NCBI GenBank assembly: GCA_002215675.1 | Contig: NGFH01000002.1 | Span: 76,975-140,974, forward strand | DNA length: 64,000 nucleotides | Reading direction: 5' to 3' | Source of the DNA: Bacteroidetes bacterium 2013_40CM_41_45 | Lineage (GTDB): Bacteria; Bacteroidota; Bacteroidia; AKYH767-A; 2013-40CM-41-45 | In this document: positions 56,544-64,000 of the stretch, one piece after another | Numbering within the stretch: position 1 is the first letter of the stretch | Layout: each line of letters opens with the position of its first letter | Position numbers and translations under genes: made by a program | The notes under the pieces: generated by a model | What the model saw: the letters and a program-made list of their open reading frames with translations, nothing else | What the model was told of the DNA's origin: nothing | Databases searched by the model: none

Positions 56544-57962
56544 ATGGAAAAGCCCTTACATATACCGCCTACCGTAAAGCTCAAAGGGTTTACTGTATAC
56601 TGCCGTAAATGTAACACGGATATTGGCGACACATGCAAGGAGACAGGAAAGCCCATCAAGCAATGTTCGTTTGGAGGCAGGCACGTATTTAAAAAATACG
56701 TTCATCTGCCGGGGACAAGAAACGATAGAAAAACGAAGACGTTTGAAACGAGAGATCTGAAAGAAGCTATCAAAGAGGCGCTTGATTTTGAGAGTAAAGT
56801 GAAAGCTGAGAACGGTCAACCGGAAATCAAAATCGAAAATAGAAAGGAGAATATCCAGGCAATGGAAAAGAATGTACCTCATCTTCTTATTAACGCTATT
56901 GCCCGTTATTCTGGTTGGCTGCGAAATGAAAACGTGCCGGAACATTTGCATGAAGAACGGAGTAAGGAATACGTGGAGGACATTGAACGGAAACTTAAGT
57001 TGCTTGTCGAGAGCTTAAAGGATAGAGGGTATGACCTTTCTTCATTCAGAGTGGATCAAATTAATGATATAACCGTAGGGCATGTGTTTTCTTACTTAAA
57101 AAAGGAAAAGCAATTTTCAGCAAGAACATTTAATAAGCACTTCAGTTACTATACGTCCTTTCTGAAATGGTTCTCCGAGGAATATTATCGGATACGCAGT
57201 TGGTTTACCCGCGTGGATAAAATGAGACCTGTTTCAAAACCGCAAGCTATCAACAAGGAAGAAGTTGAAGCATTACTAAAAAGAATCATTCCTGAAAATG
57301 GAATTGAAAGCTACGATACAGGAGTAAAAGAAACCCGGAATTTCTATCGCCCGTACTTGGGAAATGCCTTCCGGCTAGCACTTTTAACAGGAACCAGGAG
57401 GGAAGAATTAATTAAAATGAAATTCAATGGCATCCATAAGGATAAGGACGGAAGAGGATATATTAAGGTAGAAGATTTTAAAATAAATCACATTCAAAAA
57501 CGGACAACGGAAGAAGACAAAAAATACCGCACAGTTTTCCTTACAAGAGAATTATGCGGGCTGCTTGATGAAATGGGCTACCAAGAAATGAAAGGCACTG
57601 ACAATTACATTCTGGCACCTGAAGTTAAAAGCAATAGAGGCAAACCAATGACTGATCTTATTTCCCGAGCCTTCACTCATTATTACAAGCAACTTAAGAC
57701 CGGCAGGAAGCTGACCTTCCGCTCGTTTCGGAAGACATACATCACAAGGCTTGCGATTTATATGCGGGAGGTGGAAACTGAGAAATACACGGGGCACTCG
57801 AATAAAAGAACAATCGAGCAGTATTACACCGACCCTGAAATGATGGCAAAATCAATGTGGAACTTTGAAATTTTTTCTGAGGAATTGGAACGCAAGAATG
57901 ATATTAAGCAGGTAAGAAATAAATCGTGGGTTACACAAAAAGGACTGGAGGTTGGACAATGA
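56544..57962 (+). CDS. int: Tyrosine site-specific integrase
   Basis: LALLTGTRREELIKMKF (Arg box) and FRSFRKTYITRLA ... YTGHSNKRTIEQYY (catalytic Tyr). Adjacent to a tRNA gene. Confidence 0.8.
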   Translation: MEKPLHIPPTVKLKGFTVYCRKCNTDIGDTCKETGKPIKQCSFGGRHVFKKYVHLPGTRNDRKTKTFETRDLKEAIKEALDFESKVKAENGQPEIKIENRKENIQAMEKNVPHLLINAIARYSGWLRNENVPEHLHEERSKEYVEDIERKLKLLVESLKDRGYDLSSFRVDQINDITVGHVFSYLKKEKQFSARTFNKHFSYYTSFLKWFSEEYYRIRSWFTRVDKMRPVSKPQAINKEEVEALLKRIIPENGIESYDTGVKETRNFYRPYLGNAFRLALLTGTRREELIKMKFNGIHKDKDGRGYIKVEDFKINHIQKRTTEEDKKYRTVFLTRELCGLLDEMGYQEMKGTDNYILAPEVKSNRGKPMTDLISRAFTHYYKQLKTGRKLTFRSFRKTYITRLAIYMREVETEKYTGHSNKRTIEQYYTDPEMMAKSMWNFEIFSEELERKNDIKQVRNKSWVTQKGLEVGQ

Positions 57963-58080
57963 AAGTTAAAAAATTCCCCACTTGGTTTCCCCACTTGCTT
58001 GCTTTTGGCAAAGAAGGGGATGAAGTGCTTTCGAGAATGAAAGAAGCCGAAATGCTTGACTTACAAAGTGTTTCGGCTTG

Positions 58081-58164
58081 TACCCGGAGTCGGAGTCGAA
58101 CCGACATGTTATTGCTAACACTGGTGTTTGAGACCAGCGCGTCTACCAATTCCGCCATCCGGGC
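58081..58164 (-). tRNA. tRNA-Leu (anticodon CAA), class II with long variable arm; CCA not encoded
   Basis: The reverse complement folds as: acceptor GCCCGGA/UCCGGGU, D stem GCG/CGC, anticodon stem CTGGT/ACCAG with loop CTCAAAC, 16-nt variable arm, T stem GTCGG/CCGAC with loop TTCGACT. Confidence 0.8.
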
Positions 58165-58288
58165 GGGTTTTTAACAAATTAAGTGGCGAAAATACCCATT
58201 AAAACGTAGTCTGCAGGGTAGAGAAACAATACTTTGCTGGCACATATAAAATTATTTAATTTGCGTCCCCTTTTCAGAGGGGATCAAC

Positions 58289-59251
58289 ATGCAGCAATAC
58301 CGCAATATCAAGTTGTTTTCGGGCACTTCGTCCCGATATCTCGCCGAAAAAATAGCGGAATCCTATGGCATTTCGCTTGGTGAGGTAACGTTAGCGCGTT
58401 TTAGCGATGGTGAATTTCAACCATCGTTTGATGAAACGGTTCGTGGCTGCGATGTATTTATTATTCAGTCTACCTTTTCGCCTACCGATAATTTATTTGA
58501 GTTGCTTATGATGATAGATGCTGCCAAAAGAGCATCGGCACATTATATCACCGCTGTAATTCCATACTTTGGATATGCAAGACAGGACCGGAAAGACAAA
58601 CCACGTGTTGCAATTGGAGCCAAGCTTGTTGCCAATCTTCTTACCGCAGCCGGAGCAACGCGCATTATGACGATGGATTTACATGCTCCTCAAATCCAGG
58701 GATTCTTCGATATTCCGGTTGACCACCTGGATGCCACTACTATGTTTGTTCCTTATATCGAATCGCTCAACTTAACGGACCTTGTAATTGCCGCGCCCGA
58801 CACGGGAAGCGCGCACCGTGCAAGAGTGTTTGCAAAATTCTTTAATGCCGAAATTGTTATTTGCGATAAGCATCGCAAACGTGCCAATGAAATAGAAAGC
58901 ATGACCGTGATAGGAGACGTGGAGGGAAAAAATGTAATCATCACCGATGACATTGTTGACACAGCAGGAACCATGACAAAGGCGGCATCATTACTTCGGG
59001 AAAAAGGAGCCCTTAGTGTAAGAGCAGTATGTACTCACCCAATTTTCTCCGGTAACGCATACGAACGAATTGATAAGTCATCGCTCGAAGAAGTGGTGGT
59101 CTGTGATACGATACCATTGAAAAAGAAATCAAACAAAATAAAAGTGCTGTCAACGGCAGAATTTTTTGCAGGAGTAATCCGTAATGTATACACCTACGAA
59201 TCTATAAGCCCGTTGTTTGCTAAAGAAAATGTTAATGCACCATCTGCTTAA
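58289..59251 (+). CDS. prs: Ribose-phosphate pyrophosphokinase
   Basis: Full-length Prs-like sequence with PRPP-binding loop DDIVDTAGT. Confidence 0.85.
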   Translation: MQQYRNIKLFSGTSSRYLAEKIAESYGISLGEVTLARFSDGEFQPSFDETVRGCDVFIIQSTFSPTDNLFELLMMIDAAKRASAHYITAVIPYFGYARQDRKDKPRVAIGAKLVANLLTAAGATRIMTMDLHAPQIQGFFDIPVDHLDATTMFVPYIESLNLTDLVIAAPDTGSAHRARVFAKFFNAEIVICDKHRKRANEIESMTVIGDVEGKNVIITDDIVDTAGTMTKAASLLREKGALSVRAVCTHPIFSGNAYERIDKSSLEEVVVCDTIPLKKKSNKIKVLSTAEFFAGVIRNVYTYESISPLFAKENVNAPSA

Positions 59252-59263
59252 ATTCCATTTATT

Positions 59264-59959
59264 ATGAAATCAATTGCTATTGAAGTAACCAAAAGAAATG
59301 CCGGCACAAAGCAGGCAGTAAAAACTATTAGAAGCGAAGGCAAAGTTCCCTGCGTGCTATATGGAGGAAAGGATGTTATCCATTTTATGGCTCCCGAACT
59401 TTCGTTTCGTCATCTTGTGTATACACCTAATGTTTACACAGTGGATTTAAATATTGATGGAGAAACGCGCCAGGCAATCATGAAAGATATCCAGTTTCAT
59501 GCGGTCACGGATAAAATCCTTCATATTGATTTTCTGGAACTGAATCCTGATAAAAAAGTAGTGGTAGAAATTCCTCTTAAATTTTCAGGCAGCCCTGTGG
59601 GTGTGAGAGAAGGAGGAGAGCTGCGAACCAAAATCCGTAAGTTGAAAGTAAGGGCGCTGCCTGCTAATCTTCCCGATGAAATTGAAATTGATGTATCGGA
59701 CTTAAAAATCAGCGATGCCGTTCGTGTTAAAGACATAAAAGTAAAAGGCGCAGAAATTCTTGACCTGCCGAATAATATCATCACAGCGGTCAAGATTCCC
59801 AGAGTTATTGTTGAAGAAACACCGGCAGCAACGGAAGCAGCAGCAGTTCCGGGCGCAGAAGGCGCACCGGCAGCACCAGGCGCAGCTCCAGCTGCACCAG
59901 GCGCAGCCCCAGCCGCACCGGGCGCAGCCCCTGCCGCACCGGCACCAGCAAAAAAATAA
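59264..59959 (+). CDS. rplY: 50S ribosomal protein L25 / general stress protein Ctc, with Ala/Pro-rich C-terminal tail
   Basis: N-terminal L25 fold sequence (VKTIRSEGKVPCVLYGG). Tail AAPAAPGAAPAAPG encoded by 18-nt tandem repeats. Confidence 0.8.
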   Translation: MKSIAIEVTKRNAGTKQAVKTIRSEGKVPCVLYGGKDVIHFMAPELSFRHLVYTPNVYTVDLNIDGETRQAIMKDIQFHAVTDKILHIDFLELNPDKKVVVEIPLKFSGSPVGVREGGELRTKIRKLKVRALPANLPDEIEIDVSDLKISDAVRVKDIKVKGAEILDLPNNIITAVKIPRVIVEETPAATEAAAVPGAEGAPAAPGAAPAAPGAAPAAPGAAPAAPAPAKK

Positions 59960-59980
59960 CAGCAGGAAATATTTTATATC

Positions 59981-60013
59981 AAAGGCGGAAGTTCTCTCCG
60001 CCTTTTTTATTTT
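59981..60013 (+). terminator. Intrinsic terminator-like hairpin (aaaggcgga-agttctc-tccgccttt + T-run) between rplY and pth
   Basis: 9-bp stem followed by ttttatttttat. Confidence 0.45.
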
Positions 60014-60019
60014 TATATC

Positions 60020-60604
60020 GTGAAAAAATTTCTGATAGCAGGACTGGGAAACATCGGTGATGAATATGCGCGTACCCGCCATAACATCGGCTTTGATATT
60101 GCCGATGCATTGGCAGATGCGTTAGCAAAGGAAGACTCCGATAAAAAGTTTTTTTCTGACAGGAGGTATGCGATGATGACCTACAGAACTTTTAAGGGGA
60201 GAAAACTTACTATCATAAAACCATCTACATACATGAACCTGAGCGGCAAGGCAGTTAACTACTGGCTGACACAGGAAAATATTGAGCCTGAAAACCTTCT
60301 TGTTATAGCAGATGATATTGCATTGCCTTACGGGAAACTCAGGATAAAAAAGAAAGGAAGCGATGGCGGGCACAATGGCCTGACAAGTGTTATTGAAACT
60401 CTGGGGACCAATGAATTTCCCCGGCTTCGTTTTGGAGCAGGCAATGAATTCAGGAAAGGCGGACAGGTAGATTATGTTCTGGGTAAATGGAATGATGAAG
60501 AGAAAAAGGAGTTAAACGAAAAAATTTCTGCGGCAGTAGAATGTATAAAGAGCTTTGTAACTGCCGGAATAGAACATACTATGACCGACTTCAATAAAAA
60601 GTAG
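60020..60604 (+). CDS. pth: Peptidyl-tRNA hydrolase
   Basis: LIAGLGNIGDEYARTRHNIGF and GHNGL motifs. Confidence 0.9.
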   Translation: MKKFLIAGLGNIGDEYARTRHNIGFDIADALADALAKEDSDKKFFSDRRYAMMTYRTFKGRKLTIIKPSTYMNLSGKAVNYWLTQENIEPENLLVIADDIALPYGKLRIKKKGSDGGHNGLTSVIETLGTNEFPRLRFGAGNEFRKGGQVDYVLGKWNDEEKKELNEKISAAVECIKSFVTAGIEHTMTDFNKK

Positions 60605-60647
60605 CCTTTCAGAGAAAATTGTATTTTAGCTTTGATAATTTAACCCG

Positions 60648-61937
60648 ATGAAAAAAAATTATTTCAGATTAATCGCTTTTATTTTTTTGATAGCATCATT
60701 AAGCCCGCTTAAAGGAACTGCACAGCTTATACGATTGTCACAGGGCTTTGATAACTATATCGGTTCGGTTGCAACGGTTCCTGTCGGTTGGTATATATCG
60801 TGGAATTCCACTTCGTCTCCATCTTATTATATTACATCAGGAAATTACGGAGCTGCAATCCCCGCTTATAAATTTGCCAACAATGGCGATGAAATCATTA
60901 GCCCATATTTTCTTTCAGGGGATACCCTGAGGTTTTGGTATAAAGGACAAGGACTATTCAGTGCACAGAATTCACTCTCTATATTGTACTCATCAGACAG
61001 CACTAGTTGGAACATCCTGGTGAACCCCGATACATTACTTGTAACGGGCACAACATTTTCATATCCATTACCATGTCAGGCGCACTACCTCATGTTTATT
61101 TATCACCAGGTAAGCGGCAACCTGGCTTTTGATGATGTGCTTGTAACGATGACAAATTTCTCACCCGATGCTGTTGCTGTAACAACATTAAACCTGCATT
61201 GTGCCGGAGATACTGTTTGCTTTTTTGATATGTCGACCATGGCAGGTTGTGACAGCATCCTATCACGCGTATGGAATTTTGGTGACAGCACGGCAACAGA
61301 CAGCAGCGCAAGTCCTTGTCATATTTTTTCGCAGGCAGGAAATTACAACGTGAAACTTTTTGTTACTGCAAGCAACGGCAATAGCGATAGTACGTCATTA
61401 AACATAAGCATAAACCCCGTTCCGTCTGCGCAGTTCAGCGCTGTTAATACAACCGGAACAGTGGTTGACTTTACAGATTTATCTTCTGTTTCAAGTGGGA
61501 GTATTGCAAGCTGGTTCTGGAATTTCGCTGACTCTACGTTGTCTATTCAGCAAAACCCTATGCACGCTTTTCCTTCAGTTGGAACCTTCTTCGTTTGTCT
61601 TACCGCAACCTCCAGTTCAGGATGCCCGGCTACGGTTTGCGATTCAGTTTACGTTATAGGCGCAGGCGTTGAAGATTATCAATCAGAATTTCTTCCCGTA
61701 TCATTCACTCCTAACCCTGCACAAAATGAAATTGAAGTGCATGTGCCTGATGCAGGTGACTTATTGCCGCAGTTTGAAATGTTTGATTTGACGGGAAACA
61801 AATTTTTAATTTCAGGAGAAAGGATAAGGGAAGAAACATTTCACCTGGCGCTACCTCATGTTGCAGACGGAATTTACTTTTTGAAAGTTATGACGGACCG
61901 AAAATCTGCAGTGCTCAAGATTTTAATTGCGAATTAG
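60648..61937 (+). CDS. Secreted PKD-domain protein with T9SS C-terminal sorting domain
   Basis: Signal peptide. Two PKD-like WNFGDS/WNFADS modules. C-terminal FTPNPAQNEIEVHV ... GIYFLKVMTDRKSAVLKILIAN. Confidence 0.7.
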   Translation: MKKNYFRLIAFIFLIASLSPLKGTAQLIRLSQGFDNYIGSVATVPVGWYISWNSTSSPSYYITSGNYGAAIPAYKFANNGDEIISPYFLSGDTLRFWYKGQGLFSAQNSLSILYSSDSTSWNILVNPDTLLVTGTTFSYPLPCQAHYLMFIYHQVSGNLAFDDVLVTMTNFSPDAVAVTTLNLHCAGDTVCFFDMSTMAGCDSILSRVWNFGDSTATDSSASPCHIFSQAGNYNVKLFVTASNGNSDSTSLNISINPVPSAQFSAVNTTGTVVDFTDLSSVSSGSIASWFWNFADSTLSIQQNPMHAFPSVGTFFVCLTATSSSGCPATVCDSVYVIGAGVEDYQSEFLPVSFTPNPAQNEIEVHVPDAGDLLPQFEMFDLTGNKFLISGERIREETFHLALPHVADGIYFLKVMTDRKSAVLKILIAN

Positions 61938-61938
61938 G

Positions 61939-64000
61939 CTATTTCAATCCCGGTTCGTTTTCGGTGAAATGAAATGCATAGCCTGTGCGCGGGTTATCCG
62001 CTTCCAGCTGATATAACGGTTCTATTACAGTTATAGGCTCTCCTGCCGTATCCGTAATTTCCAGGTGCCTGTCAGGCGCGTGACCGGATGTATCACTCAG
62101 TGTAAAAATAATTTCTTTACTATACCTGGAGGTCGCTTCCCCTATATATCCCTTGGGCTCGACAGGAAATTTCTGCTGCTGAATAAGGCGGCCCTCCGAA
62201 AAAAGAGCAACCTGCAAGTTGAATAAATTATCTTTTCTTTTTATCCCGAACGAAATAGCGCTCATCGCAGAATCAAACGGCAGCGCAATTTGTACATTCT
62301 TATCTATAGCAACCGGTATTCCGAAATCCCATTTCCGGTCGTAACATTTAATCAGCGAATCAGCAGGAACCACAAGACGTACATGTTGTTCTGCACCTGA
62401 ATTTTTTTTGAAAATTCTAAAGGCAGGCCATCCATTTTCACATATATCGTAAAATGATTTTACGGGAACATAATTGTTACTGTCCATGCTGTTCAGGATG
62501 AAGTCAAGTCCATGAGTTACTATAAACTGCGGTTTGAATATCCTGGTAACACTGTCAATATTGTTTTTGTAACGAGTGGATAGTTTTGAATTCAACCCCG
62601 TCATGTCAATCACATACGCTTTGGTATAGCGTGATATGTGACCATGCTGCGCAATCAAGGTATCCTTTTCACCGGTAATGGTAGCCAGGTATTTTCCTAT
62701 AGTAATTCTCTCATTCTCGGTGTAGTCGAGATAATTTTTCATCCAGATTCTCCCATAATATGTATCGAAGAATAAGAAAAGCCCTGCTCCCACAAAAAGC
62801 AAAGACCATGCATAAGGTTTGTAAGTTGAAATAAAAAATTCTTCCGAGATAAAATAAAAACTTACGGCAGTTTGAGCGAGCAGGAAAAAATCGGGCATAG
62901 CATAATACCATGTCATCCGCTCTATGGGATTATAGAAATAATAGAGAATCAAGGTAGAGATAAATCCAAAGCCGAACGCAAGAGAGCGGACCGAATATTT
63001 ACCGCGGGAGAATACCACCAGCAGCACGTGAACAATGAATAAGACGAGGAAGAGATAGAAAACAGGCATTCGAAATTCATTCTCTATAAAGTATTTCAGA
63101 AAAGGGAACCAATGGTCGCTGTCATGGAAATGGAAATATATTTTTGAATATGCCGACTGGGGCAACGGGCTGCCGAAAACAACAATTGCAAATAGTACCC
63201 ACGCACATAAAGGCAACAGGCAAAAAAGAATAAATTCTCTTAATGTTTTATTCTTCCACGAAACCGGGCGCAGGTTTTTTCTGTTCTGAATTAAATGAAT
63301 ACTTCCCAATGTTAAGGCGAGAGGAACGGCATCCAGCTTGGAAATAACCGATATGGTAAGCATGAGCCACATCGTTTTTGATTTTTCCGTAACGAAAAAA
63401 TAAATGGCCGACATTACGATGGCAAGGTGCACAGCTGTTTCCATGCCTGTCGTAACGGAGTTGAGAAAAAATTTACTGCCAAAAAGGATGAAGAGGAATG
63501 ATAGCAGCAATTGCAACAGGTTCATTCCGTATCGCTCCAGGATTTTCAGTAGAAAAAAGCAAATACAAAACAGCCCTGCCACCGAAGTAACAACAATGCT
63601 TTGGTCAGGAGTTACCAAATGCGTCATGCAAAGAATGCCGTTGATGATTCCATATGAGAATGATGATATTCCGAAAACCGGGCCATCCTGCGGATTGAAG
63701 GAATAGAAATATCCCCTGGCGAAATTGTCGAGATATCGCAAAAGAAAACCGGCATCGTCAAAAAGAATAAAGTTCCAATTGATAAAAATAAAAACGGTGG
63801 TGCTTGCAGAAAGTAGCAGGTACAAGGCCAGTCGCGTCCATTTAAAAGAAATTTTTTTTTCATTGCGAGCCAGCCAGCCAATAAGAATTGCCGTGCCGGC
63901 AAATAAAATTACGAAAGGAAAAATTCCTTCTTCATTGCGTTCTACAGATTGCCAAACGGCAGCTATAATTGCAACAATAAGAACCGAAATAGAAATTATT
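61939..64000 (-). CDS. Polytopic membrane protein, possibly glycosyltransferase-family-39/ArnT-like. The reading frame stays open to the window end, so the true start lies beyond nt 64000.
   Basis: The frame of 61939..63825 continues without a stop to nt 64000 (..IISISVLIVAIIAAVWQSVERNEEGIFPFVILFAGTAILIGWLARNEKKISFKWTRLALYLLL). Many TM helices. Confidence 0.45.
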   Translation of the reverse strand, partial: IISISVLIVAIIAAVWQSVERNEEGIFPFVILFAGTAILIGWLARNEKKISFKWTRLALYLLLSASTTVFIFINWNFILFDDAGFLLRYLDNFARGYFYSFNPQDGPVFGISSFSYGIINGILCMTHLVTPDQSIVVTSVAGLFCICFFLLKILERYGMNLLQLLLSFLFILFGSKFFLNSVTTGMETAVHLAIVMSAIYFFVTEKSKTMWLMLTISVISKLDAVPLALTLGSIHLIQNRKNLRPVSWKNKTLREFILFCLLPLCAWVLFAIVVFGSPLPQSAYSKIYFHFHDSDHWFPFLKYFIENEFRMPVFYLFLVLFIVHVLLVVFSRGKYSVRSLAFGFGFISTLILYYFYNPIERMTWYYAMPDFFLLAQTAVSFYFISEEFFISTYKPYAWSLLFVGAGLFLFFDTYYGRIWMKNYLDYTENERITIGKYLATITGEKDTLIAQHGHISRYTKAYVIDMTGLNSKLSTRYKNNIDSVTRIFKPQFIVTHGLDFILNSMDSNNYVPVKSFYDICENGWPAFRIFKKNSGAEQHVRLVVPADSLIKCYDRKWDFGIPVAIDKNVQIALPFDSAMSAISFGIKRKDNLFNLQVALFSEGRLIQQQKFPVEPKGYIGEATSRYSKEIIFTLSDTSGHAPDRHLEITDTAGEPITVIEPLYQLEADNPRTGYAFHFTENEPGLK

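Noticed and set aside
57926-58174. ORFs 57926..58174 (+) and 57931..58158 (-)
   Set aside because: They overlap the tRNA-Leu(CAA) gene and the integrase–tRNA spacer, so they are spurious.
59702-60082. ORFs 59702..60082 (-) and 59760..60023 (+)
   Set aside because: They lie inside or antisense to the GC-rich Ala/Pro tail repeats of rplY and the rplY–pth spacer. These are compositional artefacts.
63841-63860. A9 homopolymer inside the glycosyltransferase-like membrane gene as a phase-variation switch
   Set aside because: A/T runs of this length are expected by chance in a ~38% GC genome, and there is no other hint of phase variation.

Overview
This window is low-GC and looks like Bacteroidota chromosome. 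The call rests on four proteins with type IX secretion (T9SS) C-terminal sorting domains, Bacteroidetes-style TAnnTTTG -7 promoter motifs, and a prs–rplY(ctc)–pth core block. At the left there are T9SS cargo genes: a collagen-like GXT-repeat protein, a 2891-aa beta-helix/PKD adhesin and an SBBP-repeat protein. At about 13 kb an ArdC-like antirestriction gene marks the start of an accessory region, which may be one island or two tandem islands ending at 58164. That region contains several things. (i) A minus-strand cluster of small Cys-rich and secreted proteins; two of its genes share a conserved 33-nt element upstream, and a triple palindromic operator array precedes the membrane-protein gene. 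(ii) A candidate RiPP-like locus: a 56-aa acidic peptide gene, an intrinsic terminator, then a fused HExxH-domain / class I SAM methyltransferase gene. (iii) A 3572-aa T9SS adhesin with an N-terminal SpoIID/LytB-like domain, plus a CarboxypepD_reg-like partner. (iv) A tyrosine recombinase. (v) Two adjacent DNA amino-methyltransferases, one beta-class and one Dam-like. (vi) A GHKL-ATPase protein followed by a 2-TM protein whose gene is flanked by 51-bp direct repeats. (vii) A tightly coupled five-gene minus-strand operon that looks like a phosphorothioate SspB–SspC–SspD module (DUF4007-like, large P-loop ATPase, PP-loop PAPS-reductase-like). Instead of a canonical SspE it ends in a DUF262-only DGQQR protein and a eukaryotic-like protein-kinase-fold protein. 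(viii) A trypsin-like serine protease with a small partner. (ix) Small regulatory genes, a second tyrosine integrase and tRNA-Leu(CAA) at 58081..58164, where core genes resume. A roughly 95-nt structured intergenic element is present in two copies (477..572 and 53182..53275), and there are several other candidate structured RNAs and terminators. The most notable candidates are the Ssp-like operon with a DUF262 + kinase effector pair and the peptide / HExxH–methyltransferase locus.
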